From Candidatus Bathyarchaeota archaeon (GTDB taxonomy: Archaea > Thermoproteota > Bathyarchaeia > Bathyarchaeales > Bathycorpusculaceae): 64,000 nucleotides of DNA. Positions 1 through 9,890 of this stretch are shown piece after piece. The stretch spans positions 1-64,000 of the forward strand of contig CAVTZU010000032.1 of NCBI GenBank assembly GCA_963739305.1, written 5' to 3'. The notes under the pieces were generated by a model. That model was not told where the DNA came from and searched no databases. It saw only the letters and a program-made list of their open reading frames with translations. Within the stretch, counting starts at the first letter, position 1, and each line of letters opens with the position of its first letter. The position numbers were made by a program, and so were the translations under genes.

Positions 1-522
1 CCCCAATGTCAAGAATCGCGCGCTTGTTTCGAGATCCCATCTGGTTTCAAGTACTTGCGTGAGACTTCAGAACGAGATCCGACTATTGTCTTCGGGAGTA
101 TTCACGGCTTCAATCTTGCTCGAGAAGATGCCCCGAGCTGCAGCCCTTAGAGTTTGCGCTGTTCCACAAACGATCTATTGGGTTCCATTTTCCTTTTCTG
201 CGTTTCTTCCTGCCTCTCTCCTGTGGCCTTCTTTTTCTGTTTTCAAAATATGTGTCCTCGTGGTATTTGATCGCCACTGCCATCACTGGGTCCCTGCTCT
301 TGATCCCAGTTGGTTTCTTTAGCTCTCGTAGAATTTTCGCGGTCGTATCAAACGTGGAACAGTTTCTTTCAGAAGGCTTTCCAATTTTCAGCATGCTGCA
401 ACCTCTGAGGCAAAACAAGCCAACACTAGGCAAAAGCAGAAACTGCAGTGACCTATCGGCGTGCCTTTCCTTGCATATAAATTGTTCCCTTATCTTATAA
501 GGATGAGCTACCCAAGCAGGCG

Positions 523-972
523 CTATGTCTTTCTCTTGCCCTCTCTACCGATCAGCTCTAACCAGACGCCGTTGGGGTCTTTGACGAAGGCCAAAACCCA
601 TGAGCCTTGGCTGAACGGTTCAGCCGCCGGTTCGCATCCAAGTTCGATTAACCTATTGTACTGTTCTCTGACGTTTTTCACGTACAACCCGATGTGGTCA
701 AGCTCCGACCCATTCAGGTACTCTTCGTAGAATTTGCTCGTCTTCGGATAGTAGTTCAGTTCAAGAATCTGCTTGCCCGTCGGAGTCCTCATTTGAACGT
801 AGGTCCCCTCGTGAGCGCGCATGTTCCCCTTGAAAATGACGTGGAAGCCGAGCGCTTCCCTGTAGAACTTCATCGATTCCTCGAGGTTCTTCACGCGGAT
901 GCCTGTGTACCAAAAACGGACGCCGAGAACGTTAGATTTCCTTCGTGTGCCTTCCTTCATTGTATTAATCAC
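523..972 (-). CDS. VOC/glyoxalase (lactoylglutathione lyase-like) family protein
   Basis: Motifs GIRVKNLEESMKFY, LELNYY, LDHIGLYV and FVKDPNGVWLEL; the start may lie further inside the ORF. Confidence 0.88.
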   Translation of the reverse strand: MINTMKEGTRRKSNVLGVRFWYTGIRVKNLEESMKFYREALGFHVIFKGNMRAHEGTYVQMRTPTGKQILELNYYPKTSKFYEEYLNGSELDHIGLYVKNVREQYNRLIELGCEPAAEPFSQGSWVLAFVKDPNGVWLELIGREGKRKT

Positions 973-1214
973 GCTTTCAACGTGAACATCCTATTTAGAA
1001 CACGCACTAAAGACCTTTGTGTCCTTCTCAAGACAGTGCGTGACTATCATAATTCGTATACCCGCGCGCTCTTTTGGCACTAAGTCCTTTGAGTCACGAC
1101 CCGCGCTGGATTAGAGGAGTGAGCGTTGAGCGCGCGCATAAAAGCAAGCACTACATCTTGCCGAGCATCTTATATCTGCACAGCAATAGAAGAAGACTAA
1201 CTAGAGGTTCAAGA

Positions 1215-1844
1215 ATGAGTGATAGTGCAAAAACTAACGAGAAAAAACCAGTCGAAACAAAACTTACCGTTTCATATGGACTGAAACCTTTGAGTTGGAG
1301 TCAAAAAATAGTAGAGTTTCTACGATTCTTGCTTGTTTTTGGTCTAGCTCTTGGTCTCACAGTTGTTATTCTGCTCATACCGTTTTATGTAGTTCAGCTT
1401 TTTCCCGAATTTATGACTGTCCAAACTGAGAATGGCTTATTGAACACTCTGATTCAAGTGAACGGAGTACTCTTAGGGTTTGTCGGAATCATGTTCGCTC
1501 AATTACTGTCGTCAATAATGAACCAGCAAAATACCCTGTATCAAAACATCCTTGAAGAACCAGAAAAGGCTTCTCACAAGACGAAATATCTGATATATCT
1601 CGCCCGTAGAAAACTATCGTTGTCAATAACTGCTTCTGCCACGTTCGTTGCCTTGGTGTTGTCCATTCTCTCTTCGATGGTGATTATTGGAAGAATTTCT
1701 AAATTTCTGCCTACAGATACCTATTCGAGTTTTGGGACTCTGTTTGCACCTTTGTTGTCTGCGATTATGGCAATAGCATTGCTGGTTCTGTCTCTGACGG
1801 GTTTACCCATGAAATCGCCATTAGAGAAAATTCAGAACGAATAA
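1215..1844 (+). CDS. Hypothetical membrane protein (about 4 TM)
   Basis: Four hydrophobic segments; ATG at 1215 preferred over the track start at 1074. Confidence 0.7.
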   Translation: MSDSAKTNEKKPVETKLTVSYGLKPLSWSQKIVEFLRFLLVFGLALGLTVVILLIPFYVVQLFPEFMTVQTENGLLNTLIQVNGVLLGFVGIMFAQLLSSIMNQQNTLYQNILEEPEKASHKTKYLIYLARRKLSLSITASATFVALVLSILSSMVIIGRISKFLPTDTYSSFGTLFAPLLSAIMAIALLVLSLTGLPMKSPLEKIQNE

Positions 1845-2076
1845 CTAATCAAAGACAGAAATAGTTAAGCTCAACAGCAACAGAGACAAACTAAGGGTTC
1901 AAAAACGATTTATACAAAACCAAACGGGACTAAACCAAGTGGAACGATAACGTTTGAGCCGAAGCGAGGAAGCACACGAGCTGCCGATCGTACCAGTTTC
2001 TCTACCTTACCGTACTAAAGATTAGTATAAATAATCACAAGTGCACTCTATAGGTTAACTGTAGTAGACTCAGTGT

Positions 2077-3354
2077 TTGGATGGCGAAAGAATGAAGCTT
2101 TTCATGTTGGTCGTGTTTGGGATGCTGGTCGTTGCTTTGTGTTTCGCGGCGGTTCCACACTTCCCCGTGTGTGATTTTGCGAGTGCGTCCTCAAATTTGC
2201 CAGTTGGCGATGCAGAATATGCAAATGGTACCATTGCCATCCCAGATTCACCCTGCATCATTTGGTATGATTGGATTAACGTTTCCGGCACTCAGGTCAT
2301 CAACTACGTGCTGTACACTAACTCCGACTACCCCTACCCTACGCCGATCGCCAATCTTGTGGGGCAGCACTTAGTATTGTCTGATGGTACGGAGGTTTTT
2401 GTGGTAAGCGCATTGGACAAGATGGAGGTCTACAGAGACCAGAACGGCGATGGCATTCCGCAGGCCAACTTCACTTCTGGAGACAGCGAAATCCTGTATT
2501 GCATGTACATAAACATGAGCGACAGCTACAGCATAATCCCAATACAGAAGACGATGGAAGGCGACGTTCCGCACTATCAGTGGGGTTTCACCTACGTAAA
2601 CGTATACGCATATCTCCAGAACGCTACGGTTCCCATCGGCGTTACTGCCAAATTGATACTGGACCATCTGACCGTAAGCTACGATTTCAGCCTCAACGGC
2701 AACGTCTCAAACCTGAAAACGAACTTCAACATCGGAAAAGTCAATAGCCTAAGCGTATTAGACTCTTCAGAGCTCTCACTGGACGGCTTGAGCCTGGCTT
2801 TGCTCTACCCAACTTCGACCTACACGTCGAAGCCCTACTCAACTTACGTGGATGGCCAACCTTACAACTCGACAAGCGCGAACGATTCAGCCGTAGACGC
2901 CGAGGTTGCGCGAGTTGCCGTGGGGAACACCAAGGCATATGATTTTGTCTTCGGCGGCAACTACACCCTCAACCGAGGCGAAAACAATGAAACTCACGCG
3001 ACGAAAGCTGAGGCCGCGGCGCTTTCGAGCATTCCAATCGAGATTTATGGGCCAGTTGTATGGCAGACGAGCTTTTTCAGAGACGAACTTAACCTCAATG
3101 ACCTTTTCGGGGGTTCTTGGCCGGATGTTACGATAGATTACAACGCGTCTTCACTGATATACAGAATTTGTTTTCCAGTGTGGGACGGAGCGCAAATCCA
3201 AAACGATCCGGTGTACGTTGGCTACCTGTTCAGCAGCACAGAGATACCTGAGTTCCATGCAATATTAGCCTTGGCCTCCATATTCATTGCTGCAACGTTG
3301 CTAGTTCTGGTGCTCGCAAAGAAGAACAAACTTGACTTCACCAACCCCAAATAG
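2077..3354 (+). CDS. Secreted surface glycoprotein with PEF-CTERM-like sorting signal
   Basis: Signal peptide, many N-x-S/T sequons, DQNGDG Ca-binding-like motif, and C-terminal IPEF followed by a TM helix and KKNK. Confidence 0.75.
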   Translation: MDGERMKLFMLVVFGMLVVALCFAAVPHFPVCDFASASSNLPVGDAEYANGTIAIPDSPCIIWYDWINVSGTQVINYVLYTNSDYPYPTPIANLVGQHLVLSDGTEVFVVSALDKMEVYRDQNGDGIPQANFTSGDSEILYCMYINMSDSYSIIPIQKTMEGDVPHYQWGFTYVNVYAYLQNATVPIGVTAKLILDHLTVSYDFSLNGNVSNLKTNFNIGKVNSLSVLDSSELSLDGLSLALLYPTSTYTSKPYSTYVDGQPYNSTSANDSAVDAEVARVAVGNTKAYDFVFGGNYTLNRGENNETHATKAEAAALSSIPIEIYGPVVWQTSFFRDELNLNDLFGGSWPDVTIDYNASSLIYRICFPVWDGAQIQNDPVYVGYLFSSTEIPEFHAILALASIFIAATLLVLVLAKKNKLDFTNPK

Positions 3355-3383
3355 ACGTTGTCTCTCTTAATGCACGTTTTTGG

Positions 3384-3552
3384 TTTCAGAATTCGACCCA
3401 ATTATATTCCTAATCTGATTCATGGGCGCACTATTCTTGTAGCAGCCGTCAAAATTCGATTCATTGCATGCATTCACCTTTAAGAGCGTGCCATTGGGCG
3501 GTGAATTCAGTTTGTGGTGAAATTAGGAACTAAATCTGGTACAATTCTGAAA
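3384..3552. repeat. 31-bp imperfect inverted repeat pair (3384-3414 / 3522-3552)
   Basis: TTTCAGAATT-N13-TTCCTAAT and ATTAGGAA-N13-AATTCTGAAA. Confidence 0.6.
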
Positions 3553-3624
3553 AACGGTATAATAGCGCTCCGCGCTTCGCTTTGGAACGAAGTTGCATAC
3601 GCAGTTCAGGTGGTGATAACAAAA

Positions 3625-4203
3625 ATGAAGAAAAGTCTAAAGATAGCTTCTGCTGCTGTGGTATTGTTCTTGGCTTTGAGTGCCATAGCTCTTGTATACG
3701 CAGGGATCCAGAGCAGTTCGGCATCAGCTAATGCACAACAGACTCTCAACCAAGACATGCAGACGTTTTTCGATTCGAATAACGTTACTCTGCCTATCAA
3801 TGCCACTTGGCCAGGCCATATGGAAAGGTGCCATGGTCAAGAAATGATGGGAGACGGCCGACAGTTGGTTCAAATGCTATCCGAGAACGCCACGCTTTCC
3901 ACGGTTCAAGGCACCGTTGTCTCGCAATCAGGACGTATCTTAATACTGGATACTGGGTCGAGTCAAGTGCGAGTGATAGTTCCAAAGGAATGGACCGTCG
4001 GCAACGAAGTCATCAACAGTGCAACACTTTTCAACGGTACCTTTGTCAGTTCAGGTCAAACTTTGACAATCGACGTTTTGAAGAGTGACTTGTTCAGCAA
4101 CGCCAACTTCAGCGTCAACGTGATGCTAGGCTACGAAGCGGTGAACGCGACGGGCACTCATGCCTACGCAGTGCTGCCCTTCAACATACAACCTGCAACC
4201 TAA
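3625..4203 (+). CDS. Hypothetical secreted or membrane-anchored protein
   Basis: MKKSLK followed by a hydrophobic signal; GGTGGTGA SD-like site upstream; beta-rich C-terminal part. Confidence 0.7.
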   Translation: MKKSLKIASAAVVLFLALSAIALVYAGIQSSSASANAQQTLNQDMQTFFDSNNVTLPINATWPGHMERCHGQEMMGDGRQLVQMLSENATLSTVQGTVVSQSGRILILDTGSSQVRVIVPKEWTVGNEVINSATLFNGTFVSSGQTLTIDVLKSDLFSNANFSVNVMLGYEAVNATGTHAYAVLPFNIQPAT

Positions 4204-4399
4204 CCGCCCTCTTTTCTTTTCTGAAACCGGTCAGAATCTCTCAGGAGGGCCTAGTACCATATTTTTTCTGTTTGATATCTTGTCTGAGGTTGCGCTCTCT
4301 AGCGTGCGCGTCAAAATCTGTAGATTCCTCTCATTTTTAGCGCTTTTTTTAGCGGCTTTCACAACTTTATTATCTTTGCAATGACTTCGAACTGTTGAG

Positions 4400-4840
4400 G
4401 TGATTGTGATGAGTGTGAAGGAAAACATGAAATTGATGATGACTCTGGATGATGCTTGGAACGATCAGGATTGGGAGACGTTTAAGAAACGTCACGCGGC
4501 AAACGTTGCCGTTTACTGGCCAGGTCAGCCGGAACCGACAAGAGGGCGAGAGGCACATTACAAAGAGTCTGTGGAATTCTTCAAAACGTTTGATAATAAG
4601 CTGGTTAATAATCCTTACAAGATTCTTTTCGGCGATGGCAACTACACTTGTTCTGTTGCTGACTGGACAGCAACCATGATAGGACCAATGAAAGGGCCTG
4701 ATGGAAAAGTCATTCAGCCTACCCACAAAACGGCTAAGCTTGAGTTCTGCACCGTTGCCACCTGGAAAAACAACGAAATCATAGAGGAACGTCTTTTCTA
4801 CGACGTAGTCGGAATGATGAAACAGCTTGGACTAACGTAA
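4400..4840 (+). CDS. SnoaL-like ester cyclase (NTF2-like fold)
   Basis: LDDAWNDQDW, TRGREAH, FCTVATWKNNEIIEERLFYD pattern. Confidence 0.85.
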   Translation: MIVMSVKENMKLMMTLDDAWNDQDWETFKKRHAANVAVYWPGQPEPTRGREAHYKESVEFFKTFDNKLVNNPYKILFGDGNYTCSVADWTATMIGPMKGPDGKVIQPTHKTAKLEFCTVATWKNNEIIEERLFYDVVGMMKQLGLT

Positions 4841-4938
4841 TCAATGTTGAGACTCACTGATATTGCCTCAAATACGGGCGAAAAACATAACAGTGTTTGG
4901 CTCACTGTTTTTCTTAGCGTGCGCCACAAAGTATAGGA

Positions 4939-5682
4939 TTACGTTGATTTTTGCTTACCAGACATCAATTCTTCGTAAAGATGCTCCGGGAAGTGACTGC
5001 TATCACAAAATGGCTTGATGGAGGATTTGCCGCAGCGACAGAGAGTTACGCGATTGCGAACCTCATAGGTTTTTCCATCTGCAGATCTAATCGGGATGCC
5101 TCCTCGCACCCATATCGGGCCACTGCATTTCATCTGAGGGTCTTCGATTAATCCGATTGATTTTTCCAATTTTGGTTCAATTGCCTCACTTGTTTTCTTG
5201 TCCCAAACCACAAGACGACCTGATGGGCAGTCTCCTGCTTCTTCGATTGCCACACGTTTAGCATCCAAGTCATCTGATTTTGGAATAAGGTTCCAGATTT
5301 CGCCTGCTCTGTGACAGAAACGCGCAGAGGCACAAAGATCCTCAACGTCGGTCAGCTTAAGCGTTGGGCCCTGTATGATTTTTGCCTGTTTCAGGTAGGG
5401 TTCACTGCTGGCCTCCTCAGTGCCATCAAAACCGATTTTTGCGTGTGTTCCATCACAGAAAGGTTTGTTCTTTGATTCTCCACATCGGCAAAGGCCGCAT
5501 TTTTCCTGCAAAGGATATTTCTTGCCCGAACGCCATTCGACCGGAACCCCTTCCTTATTGACGATGATTATTTGTTCAGATATGGGGAGTCTGCCAGAAA
5601 CAAGGTATGGGCCATTCTTGGTGACTCTTATTTCCTGCTCGTAATTGACTTTGTCAATGTTTTCTTCTTTAGCTGTTCCCAT
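4939..5682 (-). CDS. CDGSH iron-sulfur domain protein (two CDGSH domains around a divergent Fe-S domain)
   Basis: LCRCGESKNKPFCDGTH and LCRCGKSSIKPFCDSSH; central LCASARFC and CPSGRL. Confidence 0.9.
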   Translation of the reverse strand: MGTAKEENIDKVNYEQEIRVTKNGPYLVSGRLPISEQIIIVNKEGVPVEWRSGKKYPLQEKCGLCRCGESKNKPFCDGTHAKIGFDGTEEASSEPYLKQAKIIQGPTLKLTDVEDLCASARFCHRAGEIWNLIPKSDDLDAKRVAIEEAGDCPSGRLVVWDKKTSEAIEPKLEKSIGLIEDPQMKCSGPIWVRGGIPIRSADGKTYEVRNRVTLCRCGKSSIKPFCDSSHFPEHLYEELMSGKQKST

Positions 5683-5950
5683 TACGGTTAAGCTCCTTGC
5701 GCGCGTACGAGATCTTTCAAAATTGCTCACTAATAAGCGTAATGTGCGCGCTAAGCCAGTTTTGACCAATTTATTCTCAGAAGAAAGTGGTCGCGTGGCG
5801 ACGGAATTCGGGAGACATTACCACTCAGGTTTGAGTCCAGCCTAGACTGCGGGCTCTTAGCCCGTGAATGAGACAATGACCGCAAATCCTTAAACGGATT
5901 AGCTGAGAGTATCTGTTCACAGTGAGAGGCAAAGACTAGGAAGTGATCTT

Positions 5951-6688
5951 GTGAATCTTCAGAATCGGGTAGTAATTGTTACTGGTGCTTCTTCGGGGAT
6001 CGGCCTTGCGACCGCAAAGCTTCTTGCTGAACAGGGCGCTAGACTTGCTTTAGTCTCTCGTTCGAAAGAGAAATTGGAGCAGCTGTCCGCTGAGCTCCCC
6101 AGTTCCTTGGCAGTTCCTGCAGACATGACAAGGGTCTATGAAATCGAAGGGATGGTCAGAAAGACGATGGAGCATTTCGGGAGAGTCGACGTTTTAATCA
6201 ACTGTGCTGGTCAAGGGTATGATGCTCCGGTTGAGAAGACTAACATTGATACTTTTCATCGTATCTTCGACTTGGACGTTGTGGGCCCGCTTGTGGCTAT
6301 GGAGCAGGTTATTCCTATCATGAGGAAGCAGGGCGGAGGAACGATTATCAACGTTAGTTCTGGCACTGCGCTGATGTACTTGCCGTACAATGGCGCATAT
6401 TCGGGCTTGAAACGTGCACTTGTTAACATTAGTTTAACTGCAAGGGAAGAGTTGAAGGAGGACAACATTGTTGTCAGTGTCGTGTACCCGTATATGACGC
6501 TGACGGATTTCGAGAAGAACACGATTAAAGATGCTGTCCCTCAGGGAGGGGAGACAGGAGGCGGCCCTCCTTTTCCAGCTGATACGGCAGAGTATGTGGC
6601 GCAAAAGATTCTGGAAGGAATGAAGAGCGGAGAGGCAGAAATCTTTGCACACGACTGGATGAAAAATGGAGTAAACGCGAACCTCTGA
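5951..6688 (+). CDS. SDR family oxidoreductase
   Basis: [16 protein letters not shown] and YSGLK (YxxxK). Confidence 0.93.
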   Translation: MNLQNRVVIVTGASSGIGLATAKLLAEQGARLALVSRSKEKLEQLSAELPSSLAVPADMTRVYEIEGMVRKTMEHFGRVDVLINCAGQGYDAPVEKTNIDTFHRIFDLDVVGPLVAMEQVIPIMRKQGGGTIINVSSGTALMYLPYNGAYSGLKRALVNISLTAREELKEDNIVVSVVYPYMTLTDFEKNTIKDAVPQGGETGGGPPFPADTAEYVAQKILEGMKSGEAEIFAHDWMKNGVNANL

Positions 6689-6891
6689 CTTTGTTGCATT
6701 GATCTTTGAAGTTCCTTTGACACGCTCTTCTCTTTTCAGAGTATGATCGGCGGCTGCCTCGTTAAATGCTTGAATGGAACTTTAGGTTTATTGGTGGCAT
6801 GGCAGGAGCGTTAAGTCTCATGCTCTTGTGTCTAATATTGCAGTAAACCAGATGCTACATGTTCTTGAGAATGGTAACGAGTGCGCGCCTC

Positions 6892-7163
6892 CTAAGCAAC
6901 TACGAAGCTTATGATATATCGTGTGTATGTTGTAGTGGCAGGCAAACGAATCTCAAGGTAAGCGTTTATGTATGAAGTTCCTGTGCTGTTTGTCTGCACT
7001 GTCATCGCTATGTAGGTTGTCGTTGAAGAACTCAGTCCACACCAAGATCCAGTTTGGGTAACGTATGCGCCATTCTCCACTTCTATTTGGCTAACGTTTC
7101 CTCCTGTAGAGTTGTGGAAATAGATTGTGCAGTTTTGCAAACGGCTAATGCCAGAGTCAGAAT
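6892..7163 (-). pseudogene. Duplicated 3' fragment of the 8186-9277 gene
   Basis: Near-identical to the last ~89 codons of the 363-aa ORF; has no 5' part. Confidence 0.85.
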
Positions 7164-7244
7164 GAGACAATGACCACAAATCCTTAAACGGATTAACTGA
7201 GAGTATCTGTTCACTGTGAGAGGCAAAGACTAGGAAGTGATCTT

Positions 7245-7982
7245 GTGAATCTTCAGAATCGGGTAGTGATTGTTACTGGTGCTTCTTCGGGGATCGGCCT
7301 TGCGACCGCAAAGCTTCTTGCTAAACAGGGCGCGAGACTTGCTCTTAGTCTCCCGTTCGAAAGAGAAATTGGAGCAGCTGTCCGCTGAGCTCCCCAACTC
7401 CTTGGCAGTTCCTGCAGACATGACAAGAGTTTATGAAATCGAAGGGATGGTCAGAAAGACGATGGAGCATTTCGGGAGAATCGACGTTCTAATCAACTGT
7501 GCGGGTCAAGGGTATGATGCTCCGGTTGAGAAGACTAACATTGATACTTTTCATCGCATCTTCGACTTGGACGTTGTGGGCCCGCTTGTGGCTATGCAGC
7601 AGGTTATTCCTATCATGAGGAAGCAGGGCGGAGGAACGATTATCAACGTCAGTTCTGGCACTGCGCTGATGTACTTGCCGTACAATGGCGCATATTCGGG
7701 CTTGAAACGTGCACTTGTTAACATTAGTTTAACTGCAAGGGAAGAGTTGAAGGAGGACAACATTGTTGTCAGTGTCGTGTACCCGTATATGACGCTGACG
7801 GATTTCGAGAAGAACACGATTAAAGATGCTGTCCCTCAGGGAGGGGAGCAGGAGGCGGCCCTCCTTTTCCAGCGGATACGGCAGAGTATGTGGCGCAAAA
7901 GATTCTGGAAGGAATGAAGAGCGGAGAGGCAGAAATCTTTGCACACGACTGGATGAAAAATGGAGTAAACGCGAACCTCTGA
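7245..7982 (+). pseudogene. Second SDR copy with two frameshifts (+1 near 7345, -1 near 7849)
   Basis: Compared with copy 1: cttgctttagtc becomes cttgctcttagtc and gagacagg becomes gagcagg. Confidence 0.8.
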
Positions 7983-8185
7983 CTTTGTTGCATTGATCTT
8001 TGAAGTTCCTTTGACACGCTCTTCTCTTTTCAGAGTATGATCGGCGGCTGCCTCGTTAAATGCTTGAATGGAACTTTAGATTTATTGGTGGCATGGTAGG
8101 AGCGTTAAATCTCATGCTCTTGTGTCTAATATTGCAGTAAACCAGATGCTACATGTTCTTGAGAATGGTAACGAGTGCGCGCCTG

Positions 8186-9277
8186 CTAAGCAACTACGAA
8201 GCTTATGATATATCGTGTGTATGTTGTAGTGGCAGGCAAACGAATCTCAAGGTAAGCGTTTATGTATGAAGTTCCTGTGCTGTTTGTCTGCACTGTCATC
8301 GCTATGTAGGTTGTCGTTGAAGAACTCAGTCCACACCAAGATCCAGTTTGGGTAACGTATGCGCCATTCTCCACTTCTATTTGGCTAATGTTTCCTCCTG
8401 TGGAGTTGTGGAAATAGATTGTACAGTTTTGCAAACGGCTGATGCCAGAGTCAGAATATTTATTCAGTCTGATCTGCCAGTTACTTGTACCCGTGTTGTT
8501 TGCTTTGAGTACGTAGTCGTAAGTGCTAGGTAAGTAGACATTAGCTGCACTGGTTTGGTCGACTAATGCTAAAGTGTTGTCGTCTATCTGGAGGCTAACG
8601 GAAGCGGAATTTGCTGCCGTGATCACATCAATATAATAGTCAATTTCTAAGTAATCTGTTTGATCTGTCACTGCATAAAGTGACCACTGGTAAGTTCCAG
8701 TGACAGTTGTCCACCCGGTGCTAGTGAGGTCACTTGAATTTGCGACCATCGTTGCGATACTTGTTCTTATCGTGCCATTTGACATTCTTGCTAGAATATC
8801 GATGTTGGCATGAGCAAGTATCTTTTTGGTCGAATCCCAAACTCGGTAATAGATTGTCCATGAACTTGCTGGTATAGAAGTGACTCCGGTCAATCCATAC
8901 ACAAACTTGCCCATCAGTTTTCTTCCTCCTAAACTAGCGTCAGCCACGAGTGTTGTGCCTGAAGCATCGGCACTAACGAGTTTAGAGAGGTTATAGGTCG
9001 AGCCGCCAATTATGGTCGTTTCTTGATGAGCATAGAGTGTTAGCAAAGCTGCAGCGTTCACTGCGGCACTTGTGCTGTTCGCATAGACTATGCTACTCGC
9101 GGCATTTCCACCCTGAAGAATAACGGGCGGTGAAGTAACTGTCGCACTGGGCTGGTTCAGAAGAGAGTCGTGAGTTGCAGCAAAAACATCCGAGCCAAAA
9201 AGACCTGCGATAAGAAACAGAGCTACAACTATGCAAACGATGCGTGAGTAACGCTCGCACATGCGATGCGTTTCCAT
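8186..9277 (-). CDS. Secreted Ser/Thr-rich beta protein, paralog of 9320-9886 with an inserted domain
   Basis: Signal peptide ending VFA-A; its N- and C-terminal segments align by eye with the neighbouring gene. Confidence 0.8.
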   Translation of the reverse strand: METHRMCERYSRIVCIVVALFLIAGLFGSDVFAATHDSLLNQPSATVTSPPVILQGGNAASSIVYANSTSAAVNAAALLTLYAHQETTIIGGSTYNLSKLVSADASGTTLVADASLGGRKLMGKFVYGLTGVTSIPASSWTIYYRVWDSTKKILAHANIDILARMSNGTIRTSIATMVANSSDLTSTGWTTVTGTYQWSLYAVTDQTDYLEIDYYIDVITAANSASVSLQIDDNTLALVDQTSAANVYLPSTYDYVLKANNTGTSNWQIRLNKYSDSGISRLQNCTIYFHNSTGGNISQIEVENGAYVTQTGSWCGLSSSTTTYIAMTVQTNSTGTSYINAYLEIRLPATTTYTRYIISFVVA

Positions 9278-9319
9278 ATAGGATCTTCCGTAACAAAGAG
9301 AAGAAAGATGGAAGGTGGA

Positions 9320-9886
9320 CTACTGCACGTCTACTGCTATTTGTAAGTTGGCCGTAACGGCATTAGCTGAGGCAGCTGCCTGTGTCTGAACATAGATTAT
9401 CCATTGTGTGCTTGCTGGTAGTGTCAAATATGCAGTGTTTGAGGGAGTATTCCAAGTGGTGCCTGTGGTGTTGTAGCTGAAGGAAGCTTGTGCGACTCCA
9501 GCTGTGTTCTCGACAACGAAGTTGATGGCCGTAAAGTTAGCAACTGAAGATGTTCCTGAAGCTGGCGTAATAGAAATGTGGCGTAGTCTGAAAGTATGAG
9601 ATGCACTGTCGGTGTTGCTTATGTTGAGTGGTTGGTCATATGTCAACGTCGCGTTGGGATATGCTTTGAGGGCTAGGCTTACCCAAGTCGAGTTGCTTCC
9701 CAGGACTGATCCGCTAGGCCAGTCATTTCCTGAAACAAACACTACGGTCGCGGTAGTTATTGTCACGCTTGGTTGCATTATTACCGAGTAATAGACAGCG
9801 GCACTTGCAGTGGCAATAAGTGCAGCCATTACAACTAATATTATGAATTTGACAGACTTTGTAGACATTACTCTTCTTAGATTCAC
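9320..9886 (-). CDS. Secreted beta-rich protein, putative fibre subunit
   Basis: GGAGGTGA SD then GTG at 9886; signal peptide ending ATASA-AVYY. Confidence 0.8.
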   Translation of the reverse strand: MNLRRVMSTKSVKFIILVVMAALIATASAAVYYSVIMQPSVTITTATVVFVSGNDWPSGSVLGSNSTWVSLALKAYPNATLTYDQPLNISNTDSASHTFRLRHISITPASGTSSVANFTAINFVVENTAGVAQASFSYNTTGTTWNTPSNTAYLTLPASTQWIIYVQTQAAASANAVTANLQIAVDVQ

Positions 9887-9890
9887 TTTG

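Larger units (their letters stand above)
5866..8457. repeat. Direct tandem duplication of a 1294-bp unit with GAAT microhomology at 5866, 7160 and 8454
   Basis: The SDR gene, the intergenic region and the 3' end of the 363-aa gene appear twice with scattered substitutions. Confidence 0.95.

Noticed and set aside
110-433. 107-aa basic ORF on the minus strand
   Set aside because: No recognisable motif or convincing start; cannot be supported as a gene
5787-5910. Known riboswitch (fluoride, TPP), HDV-like ribozyme or tRNA gene
   Set aside because: Only short similarities (GGCGACGG, GCTGAGA, CGAAT); required pairings and consensus loops are missing
5866-8457. Transposon or integrated element
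   Set aside because: No transposase, integrase or terminal inverted repeats
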